Assembly (NCBI GenBank): GCA_963667035.1 | Contig: OY762964.1 | Coordinates: 2,624,001 to 2,688,000 of the forward strand | Origin: Candidatus Cloacimonadales bacterium | GTDB taxonomy: Bacteria > Cloacimonadota > Cloacimonadia > Cloacimonadales > JAFGVF01 | DNA length: 64,000 nucleotides | Reading direction: 5' to 3' | In this document: positions 38,692 through 49,490 of the stretch, one piece after another | How positions within the stretch are numbered: the stretch's first letter is position 1 | Layout of the letters: every line of letters begins with the position of its first letter | Notes under the pieces: model-generated | The model's database searches: none | Told to the model about the DNA's origin: nothing | Seen by the model: the letters and a program-made list of their open reading frames with translations, nothing else | Position numbers and translations under genes: made by a program

Positions 38692-39936
38692 ATGAAGCAT
38701 AGATTTATTTATATTTTACCACAGTATTGGAAAACTATTACTGAATCCCAAATTATAGGTTGGTTAGAGAAAGACTATCAAAACGGCTGTCCTTTTTCCT
38801 GCATTAGCTTAGTTAGTGATGAATCGAAACTGATAGATAAGGATAAGAAGAAGAGTATCGAAGTAAGAATCGGCGGTACCTACTCTGAATTTGTTTTCGG
38901 ATCAGGTTCTTTTATAGCTAGAGATCGAAAGATTTATGCTTATTTAAAGCAATTACTTGAAAAATCTAACAGTGATGGAGTTAATATCGTTTTCATCTCT
39001 AGAATCTCTTATGTTGGTAGTGTAATGAAAAAGCTTAAGAAGTTATTCAATTTTAAGTATATTTATGATGAAAGAGCATCATATATAATTGAATACGATT
39101 ATAATAATCATAGTCCGAAACTTAAAAAATTCCTAAAGATTAAGCTAAAAAGAATGCTTGTGAAGAAGTATGAAACAAATTGCCTAAAAGCTTCAGATTT
39201 AATATTTTCAGTGTCTACTAAATTAATTAATTACGCTGCAAGAGAATATAAAGTTGATAAAGCTAAGTTTGTACTTATGCCCGGTGCTGTAGACTCTGAG
39301 CAATTTAAGTTTAATAATGAATTAAGAAGCAAACTAAGAGCAAAATACAATATTGAAGATAAAATAGTTGTTGTTTATGCTGGGAAATTGGCAAGGCAAT
39401 GGCAAAAATCGGAGACTATGTTTCAACTCTTGAGTAATCTAATTGAGCAGGATAGTCGCTTTATGTTTTTAGTTTTAACTCCAGACTTAGATATTAGTAG
39501 TAATCTTAAAGAAAGATACGGTATCCCGGATGAAAATCTTCTAGCATTCAGTCTTGCTTATGACCAAGTTCCGTCATACTTAAGTATTGCAGATTGTGGA
39601 TTACTACTAAGAGATAATCTTCCGATTAATAATACTGCTTCACCAACTAAATACTGTGAGTATATTTGTAATGGGTTACCAGTGGTTACCTCTAAAGGTG
39701 TTGGGGATTACTCAGATTTTACAAAACTAAATGAGTTAGGATATGTCATAAGTGACTTTGAGTCAATTGAAGAAGAAACCAAGAGCATTTTACAGTATAT
39801 ATGTAAAGTTTACAATGATATGGAACAAAGAAGACGAATTGAGAATATTGGAAGAACTAATTACTCAAAAGAGATATTTATGAATAGAAGAATTGCTACT
39901 TATAAGCGACTAACTAATCAAACAGATAAGGAATGA
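38692..39936 (+). CDS. GT4-like glycosyltransferase
   Basis: VYAGKL..WQ, ADCGLLLR, SPTKYCEYICNGLPVV. Confidence 0.8.
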   Translation: MKHRFIYILPQYWKTITESQIIGWLEKDYQNGCPFSCISLVSDESKLIDKDKKKSIEVRIGGTYSEFVFGSGSFIARDRKIYAYLKQLLEKSNSDGVNIVFISRISYVGSVMKKLKKLFNFKYIYDERASYIIEYDYNNHSPKLKKFLKIKLKRMLVKKYETNCLKASDLIFSVSTKLINYAAREYKVDKAKFVLMPGAVDSEQFKFNNELRSKLRAKYNIEDKIVVVYAGKLARQWQKSETMFQLLSNLIEQDSRFMFLVLTPDLDISSNLKERYGIPDENLLAFSLAYDQVPSYLSIADCGLLLRDNLPINNTASPTKYCEYICNGLPVVTSKGVGDYSDFTKLNELGYVISDFESIEEETKSILQYICKVYNDMEQRRRIENIGRTNYSKEIFMNRRIATYKRLTNQTDKE

Positions 39937-41039
39937 ATATGAAGAAAGTGCAGTTAATTGTTGGTGCCAGACCTAATTTTATGAAGATGGCTCCCTTATA
40001 TAAAGAGCTAGAAAGGTCAGACAAATTTGAAGTGAGTCTTGTTCATACAGGACAACATTATGATGAAAGAATGAGTAAACAATTCTTTACTGAGTTATTG
40101 TTACCGGAACCTCATATTTATTTAGGAGTGGGGTCAGGAACACATGGCTATCAAACAGCAAAAATAATTGAAAAATATGAAGCTGCAATCATAAATGACA
40201 GACCTGATTTAGTTTTAGTCGCCGGAGATGTTAATAGTACTATAGCTTGTGCACTAGTGGCAAAAAAATTGAACATAATGGTTGGGCATATTGAAGCGGG
40301 ACTAAGAAGCTTTGATATGAGAATGCCGGAAGAGATAAATAGAATACTGACTGACTCAATTAGCGATTTATTGTTTACCCCATCACTTGATGGCAATGTA
40401 AACTTAGAGAAGTCCGGGGTAGATAGAAATAAAATCTTCTTTGTTGGTAATATTATGATTGATTCTTTAGTTAATTTTATGGATAAAGCCAATAATTCTT
40501 CAATATGCAAAGATCTGGGACTTAAGAAGAATCATTTCTGTTTAGTAACTCTACACAGACCTTCAAATGTAGACGATAAGCATAATTTAGAATTAATTTT
40601 AAATGCTTTAAAAACAATATCTGAGACTATTGATGTTGTTTTTCCAATGCATCCAAGAACAAAGAAGAATATTGAGAAATTAGGATTATCTGAATTGATT
40701 GAATCAATTTCTAATATGCACGTAATTCCTCCTGCTAGCTATCTTGATTTTATGAAATTGCAGATGGATGCAAAATTTATTGTAACGGATTCCGGAGGAG
40801 TACAAGAGGAATCAACATTCTTTAATATCCCATGTTTGACATTGAGAGAAAATACCGAGAGACCAATTACAATAACTGAAGGTACAAATAAATTGGTCGG
40901 ATTGGATTATGACAAAATTGTGTATGAGTTTAATCAAGTTATTAATAATGAGTCAATACAGGCAACAAAACCAAAATACTGGGATGGCAAAACTTCTGAA
41001 AGAATTGTAAAGATTCTTGAAGATTTGATGTTTGTATAG
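39933..41039 (+). CDS. wecB: UDP-N-acetylglucosamine 2-epimerase (non-hydrolysing)
   Basis: GARPNFMK, HTGQHYD, HIEAGLRSFD..MPEEINR, TLHRPSNVD, TDSGGVQEE, RENTERP. Confidence 0.95.
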   Translation: MNMKKVQLIVGARPNFMKMAPLYKELERSDKFEVSLVHTGQHYDERMSKQFFTELLLPEPHIYLGVGSGTHGYQTAKIIEKYEAAIINDRPDLVLVAGDVNSTIACALVAKKLNIMVGHIEAGLRSFDMRMPEEINRILTDSISDLLFTPSLDGNVNLEKSGVDRNKIFFVGNIMIDSLVNFMDKANNSSICKDLGLKKNHFCLVTLHRPSNVDDKHNLELILNALKTISETIDVVFPMHPRTKKNIEKLGLSELIESISNMHVIPPASYLDFMKLQMDAKFIVTDSGGVQEESTFFNIPCLTLRENTERPITITEGTNKLVGLDYDKIVYEFNQVINNESIQATKPKYWDGKTSERIVKILEDLMFV

Positions 41040-41061
41040 GATAATGTACACTGGAGATGGT

Positions 41062-42153
41062 TTGAAAGTTCTCATAATTATTAGTAGTCTGCAAGCAGGT
41101 GGAGCAGAGCGACAATGTGCGGAATTATTGAAGGAATTATCGAATGAGCCAAGCATTGAGGTAACTCTTATTCTATTCAATAATATCATTGAATATGAAG
41201 CTGTTAAATCGTTACCAATAAACATTGAAGTACTTTCTAAGCAAGATAAGAATATTGTAAAATTGCTATCAGAACTTAGACATAAGATTAATAAAATTCA
41301 TCCTGATGTAATTCATACATGGTTACCAACTGCTACATTATATACTGTAATTGCTAAAATGTTAATGAGATATAAACTTATAAATGGGATGATTAGGTAT
41401 GGTAAGCCGATTAAAAGATTCTCTAAGTTATGGACTTATGGTTTAATAACTTTTCCTTTATCATCACATGTTGTGGCTAACTCTTTTGCGGGTTTGAGAG
41501 CCCATAATTTGATAACCAACAAGAAAAATTGTGTTATATATAATGGACTTGATATGAATCGGTTCAAAATTGATAAAAATAGTTCTAGTATAAGAAAGCA
41601 ACTTAATGCAGAAAATAAGATTATTGTTGTTATGGTCGCTAATTATGGAGATACTAAAGATTATCATTTACTGGTAAAAGTAGCAGAAAAACTAGAGTCA
41701 GTTAATAACGATATTTTGATTATGTCTATCGGAGAAGGGAAGAACTATAATAGTATAAAAGATTTGATTCTGAGTAAGAAATTAAGGAATTTTGTTCAAC
41801 TTGGGCGTAGAAATGATATAGAAGAGATAGTCGCTACTTCGGATATAGGTATTCTACTAACTAATACTAATTCAGGAGCTGAAGGACTATCTAATTCGAT
41901 GCAAGAGTATATGGCTTTAGGAAAACCTGTGATAGCTACTAATTCAGGTGGCAATCCGGAGTTAATAAAGGATGGAGTAAACGGGTATTTAGTAGCACCA
42001 TTTTCAAAAGAAGAAGTTGTAGATAGAATCCGAATTTTGACTGAATCAACTGAGCTTCGCAAGAAGATGGGTGATACTTCGATTCAGATAATCCAAAAAG
42101 ATTTTAGCAGTTCATCAATGGCAAAAAGATATATAGATTTATATGGTAAATAA
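41062..42153 (+). CDS. GT4 glycosyltransferase
   Basis: Start re-assigned to TTG at 41062 after GGAG; GGAERQ, IYNG, EGLSNSMQEYMALGKPVIATNSGG. Confidence 0.88.
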   Translation: MKVLIIISSLQAGGAERQCAELLKELSNEPSIEVTLILFNNIIEYEAVKSLPINIEVLSKQDKNIVKLLSELRHKINKIHPDVIHTWLPTATLYTVIAKMLMRYKLINGMIRYGKPIKRFSKLWTYGLITFPLSSHVVANSFAGLRAHNLITNKKNCVIYNGLDMNRFKIDKNSSSIRKQLNAENKIIVVMVANYGDTKDYHLLVKVAEKLESVNNDILIMSIGEGKNYNSIKDLILSKKLRNFVQLGRRNDIEEIVATSDIGILLTNTNSGAEGLSNSMQEYMALGKPVIATNSGGNPELIKDGVNGYLVAPFSKEEVVDRIRILTESTELRKKMGDTSIQIIQKDFSSSSMAKRYIDLYGK

Positions 42154-43243
42154 TAAGAGTAATAACAGGATAAGCTTTCTGGGTGATATAAGCCTAAACG
42201 GTGAATATATAGAATTACACAAAAGGAATAACACTCCTTTTGAGGCAGTAAGGGAAATCTTGAATGAGAGCAGTCTTGTTGTAGGTAATTTAGAGTGTCT
42301 GTTAGAAAGTGAACAAGGTGAAAATGTTTTAAAAAAACCGCGATTGAAGACATCTAAATCTACTTTTAATTTTCTAAAAGATATTAACTTAGGCTTAGCA
42401 CTATTAGCACATAATCATGTTTACGATAACCTTGAAGAGGGATTACGAAATACACTCGATTTTCTTGATGAAAATAATATCCCCTACATTGGTGCAGGCT
42501 TTACTGAGGAGCAAGCTAACAAAGAGTATTCTACTATACTTAATGATCATAAGGTTTGTATACTTAATTATGTTGATAAGGATACGAATCCAAACATACC
42601 TGCGGATGCCGGAGTTTTTGTTAATATCTTCGATGAGACAAAGGTACAGCAAAGACTAAGTCAGTTAAGAGATAAATATGACATAATTGTTCTGTGTCTT
42701 CATTGGGGAGGTAGATGTGAAGGTGGTTACTATCCTGATTGGCATCAAAGAGGTTTAGCAAAGAGATTATTTGAATATGGTGCCGATTTAATAGTAGGAA
42801 GCCATTCACATACCTTACAACCTTATGAGATAATCAATGATAAATCCATATACTATAGCTTAGGAAACTTTTGTTTTGCCGATATTTCTAGTGATGGAAG
42901 ACATATAGAAATTGCAAATGGCAGGCAAACAGAGTCATGTATTGTTAGTATTGATTTGTTTGACAAAACATATAAAACAAATATTGTTCCGATAGTGAAT
43001 GATAATTTACATGTTAAAGTTGATGCAAGTGTATTAAGAAGATACAAGAAAAGAATGATTTGGTTTAAGCTAATAAACGGTAACAAAATTGCCTGGAAAT
43101 TGTACTATTTAAAGCTTAAATTTCTTAATCCTGTATTCTTCTATTTCTTTGGAAACGATAGGTCGTTTATTGAGCAATGTAAAAAAGTGGATCTAGGTAA
43201 GGCACAACGCTATATAAGGAGTGCATTATGGAAAAGAAAATAG
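42143..43243 (+). CDS. CapA/PgsA-family metallophosphoesterase-fold protein
   Basis: FLGDI, VGNLE, LAHNHVYD, LHWG, GADLIVGSHSH, YYSLGNFCF. Confidence 0.88.
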   Translation: MVNNKSNNRISFLGDISLNGEYIELHKRNNTPFEAVREILNESSLVVGNLECLLESEQGENVLKKPRLKTSKSTFNFLKDINLGLALLAHNHVYDNLEEGLRNTLDFLDENNIPYIGAGFTEEQANKEYSTILNDHKVCILNYVDKDTNPNIPADAGVFVNIFDETKVQQRLSQLRDKYDIIVLCLHWGGRCEGGYYPDWHQRGLAKRLFEYGADLIVGSHSHTLQPYEIINDKSIYYSLGNFCFADISSDGRHIEIANGRQTESCIVSIDLFDKTYKTNIVPIVNDNLHVKVDASVLRRYKKRMIWFKLINGNKIAWKLYYLKLKFLNPVFFYFFGNDRSFIEQCKKVDLGKAQRYIRSALWKRK

Positions 43244-44250
43244 TTTTGCTTGTTGATTATAAAGGACATTTTGGCTCGAAGCAAAAAGCTTCTGCTTATA
43301 GAGCCGGTATGGATAAAGATTTATTATCAAAATACTTCAAAGAGCTAGGGTATGAGACTACTTATTTACCCTTCTCAGAAGTTGATTACAGTAACAATTG
43401 GAAAGATATAATTGTGCTTTACACTTCTCAGGAGGATGTCGGATACCTATACAAAAGCTATATAGAGGATGTAGTGTATGGATTGGAATTGGCTGGAGCT
43501 ATCGTAATTCCAAGCTATAAGTTTTTAAAAGCCAATAACAACAAAGTATTTATGGAGATTTTGCGAACTCAAAATATTAAAGAGGATTATACTTCAATCA
43601 CCAGTAAGCATTTCGGAGCTTATGAGGATTACTCGAAAATAGAGATTGAAGAATATCCGGTTGTGTTAAAGAAAGCTGAAGGTGCAATGAGTTCGGGAGT
43701 TTATTTAGGTAGGAATAAAGATGACCTTGATAGATTAGTAAAAAAAGTTAGTTCTTCACAGGTAATAAAAGACCAATTAAAAGAGATAGCTAGAACTTAT
43801 AAGCATAAAGGATATAAAGTAGAATCTAAATACAGAAGAAAGTTTATAATTCAGAATCTTATACCGAATTTAAAGAAGGATTGTAAAATATTGGTCTATG
43901 GAAACAAGTACTATTTTTTATATAGGGATGTTCGAAAAAATGACTTTAGAGCAAGTGGAAGCGGAAATTTCTATTTTGACCATAATTATCAAGAAGGTAT
44001 GTTGGATTTTGCGAAAAGTATTTATGATAGGTTACAGATACCTCAATTATCAATTGATGTATGTTTTGATGGAAAGAACTTCCACCTAATAGAGTTTCAA
44101 GCAGTTTATTTCGGTACAACAACATTGGAGAAATCGGAGTTTTTCTATGAGTATAAAAATAACGTTTTCAATCTTGTTGAGGAAAAATCAATTCTAGAAA
44201 AAGTATATGCTGAATCAATTAGCAGTTATTTATCATCTTTAACCAGATAA
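43228..44250 (+). CDS. ATP-grasp ligase (RimK-like)
   Basis: NNKVFME, YPVVLKKAEGAMSSGV, IIQNLIP, DFRASGSG, SIDV, LIEFQ. Confidence 0.75.
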   Translation: MEKKIVLLVDYKGHFGSKQKASAYRAGMDKDLLSKYFKELGYETTYLPFSEVDYSNNWKDIIVLYTSQEDVGYLYKSYIEDVVYGLELAGAIVIPSYKFLKANNNKVFMEILRTQNIKEDYTSITSKHFGAYEDYSKIEIEEYPVVLKKAEGAMSSGVYLGRNKDDLDRLVKKVSSSQVIKDQLKEIARTYKHKGYKVESKYRRKFIIQNLIPNLKKDCKILVYGNKYYFLYRDVRKNDFRASGSGNFYFDHNYQEGMLDFAKSIYDRLQIPQLSIDVCFDGKNFHLIEFQAVYFGTTTLEKSEFFYEYKNNVFNLVEEKSILEKVYAESISSYLSSLTR

Positions 44251-44265
44251 CTAGTGGAGAATACT

Positions 44266-45699
44266 ATGAAAAAATATTACTGGGGTTTATTAATAATACT
44301 AGTTCTAAGTATAATTGCATGTGATAATGATGTAGTTGAAGTTACTAAGTATAATCTTTCAGGAAACATAACTTTTCAAGATGTGAATGGAGACCAGATA
44401 GATGAAAATGATCAAGTAGGAATCGTTAGATTGTTCTTAGCTAATAGCGATTCCATAGATTATAATGATTCAGAGAATGATTATGATTTTGTTGGAGTTG
44501 ATTTCTCATTAGATAATGTTTCAAGCTACCATACTAGAACTGATTGGTTAAGGGAGACTGAGGTAAGTAATTCATACAAATTTTCAGAAGTTACTCCTGA
44601 TAATTATGTCATCTATTATGAGTTCGATGATTATGGCTGGGGATATCAATTAGTAAATTTAGCTAATAATGCTACTAAAGATATTATCATAAGAAAGAGT
44701 TTTGAGTTATTCGGAGAGATTAATGAGCCTATAACTATAGGTCCTAATCAACATGTAATAATGGCAAATGATATAATAATCAATCCCGGTTCCGGTTTAA
44801 CTATATTAGAGAACTCTATTATTGAAATTCAGAACGGAAAGATTGTTAACAATGGTGAGTTAAACATTGAAGGAAGTATTGATAAACCTATTCTTATTAC
44901 TCATTCTGAGGGTGTTTATAGTTGGGAAAGAATTATTCTTGAAGCCGGTAGTAATACTAACATTCATCATGCTATTCTACTTGATTCCCAAAATGGTTTT
45001 GAAATCAAATCATCCAGCAACAGTATTAGCAATGTAGCAATAGTGAACTGTTTCGGTACAGCTGTATCTTACAAAGATTGTGATGGTAGTTTCACTAACA
45101 ATTTGATTCATAATGCAAATGATGGAATTGAGATTAATGGCTCAGATATTATTTGTGCTTCTCCGGATATAATTCGTTGTGTTATAAATGATTTAAAGAG
45201 TTCTGAAAATAGAGGTATTAGAATTTGTAACTCATCACAAGCTAATATTACTGATAATATTATTAATAATTGTTCTTATGGTATTGAGTCTGTTAGAGAA
45301 GTTCATAATGTAATAAGTACTGAGATAGCGATAAAGTACAACTTGATTACTAATTGTAGCATGTGGGGATGTAATTTTAGCAGAACAACACCGATACTTC
45401 AATATAATACAATAAGAGATTCTCGTGCAGGTGTTAGGTTTTTGAATGTAGATTTAAGTTTTGACCATAACAATTTTGAGAATTTCACATTTTGGGCTGT
45501 AGGATTGTTTTATAGAAGTGGTGGTAATACTATTAATGCAAATAGGAATTGGTGGGGAACAACAGACATTGCTGAATTAAGTCAATTGATGTTGGATGAG
45601 TCAGATGAACCACAAGGAGATCCTGTTGGTATAGTAACATACGATATTGTCTTAACCTCAGAAGTTAAAACAGCTTTTCCAAGAGTGAATAATGATTAA
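44266..45699 (+). CDS. Lipoprotein with right-handed parallel beta-helix repeats
   Basis: Start re-assigned to ATG 44266 after GGAG; lipobox IIAC; Asn/Ile-rich PbH1-like repeats; INANRNWWG motif. Confidence 0.7.
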   Translation: MKKYYWGLLIILVLSIIACDNDVVEVTKYNLSGNITFQDVNGDQIDENDQVGIVRLFLANSDSIDYNDSENDYDFVGVDFSLDNVSSYHTRTDWLRETEVSNSYKFSEVTPDNYVIYYEFDDYGWGYQLVNLANNATKDIIIRKSFELFGEINEPITIGPNQHVIMANDIIINPGSGLTILENSIIEIQNGKIVNNGELNIEGSIDKPILITHSEGVYSWERIILEAGSNTNIHHAILLDSQNGFEIKSSSNSISNVAIVNCFGTAVSYKDCDGSFTNNLIHNANDGIEINGSDIICASPDIIRCVINDLKSSENRGIRICNSSQANITDNIINNCSYGIESVREVHNVISTEIAIKYNLITNCSMWGCNFSRTTPILQYNTIRDSRAGVRFLNVDLSFDHNNFENFTFWAVGLFYRSGGNTINANRNWWGTTDIAELSQLMLDESDEPQGDPVGIVTYDIVLTSEVKTAFPRVNND

Positions 45700-46855
45700 A
45701 AGAGTTTTTATACTTGGAGATCATGTCCAAGGTCTTGGAGTTATTCGTATTTGTAAAAAACTGGGAGTTAAAACGGTTCTTTTTAACTCTGAGAGAGCAA
45801 GCATTGCCAGATTCTCAAAATATCTAGATGTCTTTATATATTATAAAGATGACAATGAGTTGCTATCACAGTTGGTAAAAAGAATGTGCTCTATCGAAAC
45901 ATTAATTATACCTACTAACGATACTTTGGTTAAACTTGTTAGTGATAACAGAGAATTACTTAAGGAATACAAGTTTAACTTACCTTCTCACAATACTACT
46001 ATGCTATGCTTTGATAAAGTATTGACATACAAAAAGGCAGAAGAACTTGGAATCCCTTTTCCAAAATCTTATTATCCTGAATCAATTGAGGATTTAGTAA
46101 AGATAATACCGGATATACGGTTTCCGGTTATTATTAAACCGGCAGTTATGACTACATTTCTGAAGTATACAGGTAAAAAGGCTCTTCTTTGTAATTCTAT
46201 TGATGAGCTAACTGAAAACTATGAGTTAAGTCTAAAAGCTGTTCCCGCTAAAGAGATAATCATACAAGAGTTCTTACCTGGTGGTCCTAAAAATCTATAT
46301 TCATACGGTTCTTTTTTTGCCGAAGGTAAATCATGGGCAAGCTTTATTGCTAATCGATGTAGGCAAAGACCTTTTACATTTGGAAGAGCAACTACATATG
46401 CTGTTTCTGTTGTAAATAAGGAAATTGATGCCTTGGCAGAAAAGCTGTTAGCGGAAATAGATTACTTTGGTGTATCGGAAACTGAGTTTATGTATGATGA
46501 GATTACAAAAGAATTTAAACTTCTAGAAATTAATCCAAGAACATGGAAATGGCATTCAATGGCTAACATTATTGGTATTAGCCCTTTAGAATCTTTAATA
46601 AAGTATCTGAATAATGATCCAAATTTAATACTTCAGAGAAATGAAAGAGAGGATTTGGCATGGATAGAAAGAATGATAGATACTTTTATTGTTCTTAAAG
46701 AGCTTAGTAAGGGAAACAAATCCAGAATAAAACTAAAAGATTACTTGATGAGTTTGAACAAAAAAAAGGAGTATGCTGTATGGAGTTGGAAGGATCCTTT
46801 ACCGGCTATAATGTATGCTTTGTTAACTCCTTATCTGAAATATAAAAGAGGTTAG
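45692..46855 (+). CDS. ATP-grasp carboxylate-amine ligase (D-aspartate ligase-like)
   Basis: LIIPTND, DK..TY, FPVIIKP, IIQEFLPG, ETEFMYD, LLEINPR, DPLP. Confidence 0.8.
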   Translation: MIKRVFILGDHVQGLGVIRICKKLGVKTVLFNSERASIARFSKYLDVFIYYKDDNELLSQLVKRMCSIETLIIPTNDTLVKLVSDNRELLKEYKFNLPSHNTTMLCFDKVLTYKKAEELGIPFPKSYYPESIEDLVKIIPDIRFPVIIKPAVMTTFLKYTGKKALLCNSIDELTENYELSLKAVPAKEIIIQEFLPGGPKNLYSYGSFFAEGKSWASFIANRCRQRPFTFGRATTYAVSVVNKEIDALAEKLLAEIDYFGVSETEFMYDEITKEFKLLEINPRTWKWHSMANIIGISPLESLIKYLNNDPNLILQRNEREDLAWIERMIDTFIVLKELSKGNKSRIKLKDYLMSLNKKKEYAVWSWKDPLPAIMYALLTPYLKYKRG

Positions 46856-46856
46856 A

Positions 46857-47654
46857 ATGATATATTACTTAATAAATGCGACTATTGCTATGGTTGTTCC
46901 TTTCTTGATTTATGCTTTTTTACATAAAAAAACCAATGTAAACTATTCACTGATAGTAAAGGATTTACTGATTGTTCAGTTTGTATCTCTTCTCTTCGGA
47001 TTCTTGTTTGTTGATAGTGTTAGTTGGCTGAGTATTGCAATCACGATTGTTTGTATCCCTATCATGGTATTTGGGGATTTAATGGTTAGGTTTTTCAGAA
47101 AACCAAAAAGAACTACTGATGCAGGTATCGATGATGTTGTTTCTGCTGCTGATGGAAATGTGATTTATGTTAAGCATATTGAAGCTAATACAACACCAAT
47201 ATCAATTAAAAAGAGCAATATCTCCAAACTATCAGAGTTAACAAAGACTGACATTTTAACTCAGCCATGTTGGTTAGTGGGTATTAACATGACCCCTTAT
47301 GATGTTCATAACAACTGTGCTCCTGTTAGCGGAGAGATAATTTTAAATAAACATTTTGATGGCAAGTACTTATCTTTGAAACTGGGAGAAGCACTGATAG
47401 AGAATGAACGAAATACTATGGTCTTTAAAAGAGATGACGGACTCATTTTTGGGATGGTACAGATTGCCTCTAAAAGAGTAAGAAGAATTGTTACGTACAA
47501 GAAAGTCGGTGATAAAGTTAAAAGAGGTGAATACGTTGGAATGATTAAATTCGGCTCTCAAGTAGATTTAATAATACCGGATAACTATGAGATAATGGTT
47601 AATCTTAAAGACCAAGTATATGCGGGTAAGACAACAGTAGCGAAAAGAAAATGA
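46857..47654 (+). CDS. psd: Phosphatidylserine decarboxylase-family proenzyme
   Basis: FFRKPKR, SAADG, DVH.N.AP..G, ENERN, QIAS..VRRI, GMIKFGSQVDL (pyruvoyl self-cleavage motif); extra N-terminal TM helices. Confidence 0.85.
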   Translation: MIYYLINATIAMVVPFLIYAFLHKKTNVNYSLIVKDLLIVQFVSLLFGFLFVDSVSWLSIAITIVCIPIMVFGDLMVRFFRKPKRTTDAGIDDVVSAADGNVIYVKHIEANTTPISIKKSNISKLSELTKTDILTQPCWLVGINMTPYDVHNNCAPVSGEIILNKHFDGKYLSLKLGEALIENERNTMVFKRDDGLIFGMVQIASKRVRRIVTYKKVGDKVKRGEYVGMIKFGSQVDLIIPDNYEIMVNLKDQVYAGKTTVAKRK

Positions 47655-48727
47655 ATATTTTAATTGATATTGGGCATCCCGGTCATGTGCATCTCTTTAG
47701 AAATTTTGCTTTGAATATGCAACAAAAAGGACATAAGATATTGTTTACGGCTAGGCAGAAAGAGTTTGAAATAGAGCTATTATCAGCTGCCGAACTAAAT
47801 TATGTGTCATTTGGAAATCATAAATCAAGCAAAGTCGATAAAATAATAGGTTTGTTTGATTTTACTTTCAAAATGTTGAAAACAGCTATAAGCTTTAAAG
47901 CAGATCTTTTAATGAGTCACGGATCTCCGTATTCTGCTTGGGTGGCAGGAATCATAAACAAACCCCATATTTCTTTCGAAGATACTGGTAACTGGGAACA
48001 GATAAAATTATACCTTCCCTTTACGAAAGCAGTACTTACTTCAGATGTATTTCCTTATAATTATCCGGGTAAGCAGATAAGATATAGGGGACATCATGAG
48101 CTGGCATATCTTAATCCAAAGTACTTTAAACCTGATGCGAGTATATACGAATTCTTAAAAATAAGTGAAGATACTAAATTTGCTATCCTAAGATTTGTTT
48201 CATGGAATGCAACTCATGATGAAGGGCAAAGTGGTATGAGTAATAAGCTCAAAAAAGAAGTGCTTAGATTGTTACTAGAAAAAGGATATAAAGTTTTTGT
48301 ATCTGGTGAAACACAGCTTCCTGAAGAGTTTGAGCCTTATAAAATAAGTATTCCTCCTCATATGATGCACGATGCGTTGTATTTTGCAGAAGTCTTCATT
48401 GGAGAGGGAGCTACAATGGCGATGGAAGCAGGTGTTCTTGGAACAGCTTCATTCTACATCAATACTTTACAAAGGTCATATTGTCTGGATTTAGAGAAAT
48501 ATAAACTTTGCTATAACTTCATTAACTCTGATGGAGTCCTGGATAAGTTGGAATTAGTCCTTGCAGAAAGTAATTATAAGAATTTATACCAAATGAGAGC
48601 TCAACAGTTTATGAAAGATAAAATTGATGTTACTGAGTTTACGGAATGGTTTGTGGAGAATTATCCCGAAAGCTTTAAAATTATGACCGTAAAACCTGAT
48701 TTTCAAGATAGATTTAATAATGAATAA
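47651..48727 (+). CDS. DUF354-family GT-B fold protein
   Basis: IDIGHPGHVHLF, Y.GHHELAYL.P..F.PD, LRFVSW.A.HD, GEGATMA.EA.VLG. Confidence 0.8.
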   Translation: MNILIDIGHPGHVHLFRNFALNMQQKGHKILFTARQKEFEIELLSAAELNYVSFGNHKSSKVDKIIGLFDFTFKMLKTAISFKADLLMSHGSPYSAWVAGIINKPHISFEDTGNWEQIKLYLPFTKAVLTSDVFPYNYPGKQIRYRGHHELAYLNPKYFKPDASIYEFLKISEDTKFAILRFVSWNATHDEGQSGMSNKLKKEVLRLLLEKGYKVFVSGETQLPEEFEPYKISIPPHMMHDALYFAEVFIGEGATMAMEAGVLGTASFYINTLQRSYCLDLEKYKLCYNFINSDGVLDKLELVLAESNYKNLYQMRAQQFMKDKIDVTEFTEWFVENYPESFKIMTVKPDFQDRFNNE

Positions 48728-49490
48728 AGACTTCTCATTTGATCAGTACGAGTTATTGCTGAAAACCGCAATAAAGCAGGGATATCATTGTATTGGAGTC
48801 TCTGAATCAATATCAGATAATCACAATAAAGTTTTAATTATTCGACATGATGTTGACAGGAAGCCGTCAAAATCGTTGAAGATGGCTAAAATTGAACAAA
48901 TACTATTTTGCAGAGCAACCTACTATTTTCGAGCAAAACCAGTAAGCTTTGATGAGGACGTTATCCATGGAATCAGTTCATTAAATCATGAAATTGGATT
49001 TCATTATGAGAATCTATGCGATACAAATGGAGATATTGTTAAGGCATTCTCAAACTTTAAAGAAAATCTCTCAAGTTTTACCAATCTGGGTTATAAAATT
49101 AACTCAATTGCAATGCATGGTAGACCTGCAAGCCCTTACGATAGTAAAGATATTTGGAAAAAGTACGATTATAAAAAATTAGGGATTTCTAATGAAACAT
49201 TCTTTGATTTTGATTATAATAAAATCCTGTATGTTACAGATGCCGGGAGAGCTTGGAGTAATGACTCGGTTAATAAAAGGGATAGGGTTGAATCAAAGCT
49301 TAATTTTAAAATTGATAGTTTAAGCATGTTTATAAAAGAGCTAAATCAAGGAAGTCTTCCTAACACGATTATGATTAATATACATCCAGAGCATTGGGCA
49401 GAAAATGTATTAGAATGGTACATTATCCATGTAAAGAGAACTCTAAGAAACATAGTAAAGAAAACATTGTTAAGGCTAAAGCTTATATGA
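48720..49490 (+). CDS. Polysaccharide deacetylase-like protein
   Basis: IRHDVD, ATYYFR, HEIGFHYE, MHG, TD.GR.W, NIHPEHW. Confidence 0.7.
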   Translation: MNKDFSFDQYELLLKTAIKQGYHCIGVSESISDNHNKVLIIRHDVDRKPSKSLKMAKIEQILFCRATYYFRAKPVSFDEDVIHGISSLNHEIGFHYENLCDTNGDIVKAFSNFKENLSSFTNLGYKINSIAMHGRPASPYDSKDIWKKYDYKKLGISNETFFDFDYNKILYVTDAGRAWSNDSVNKRDRVESKLNFKIDSLSMFIKELNQGSLPNTIMINIHPEHWAENVLEWYIIHVKRTLRNIVKKTLLRLKLI

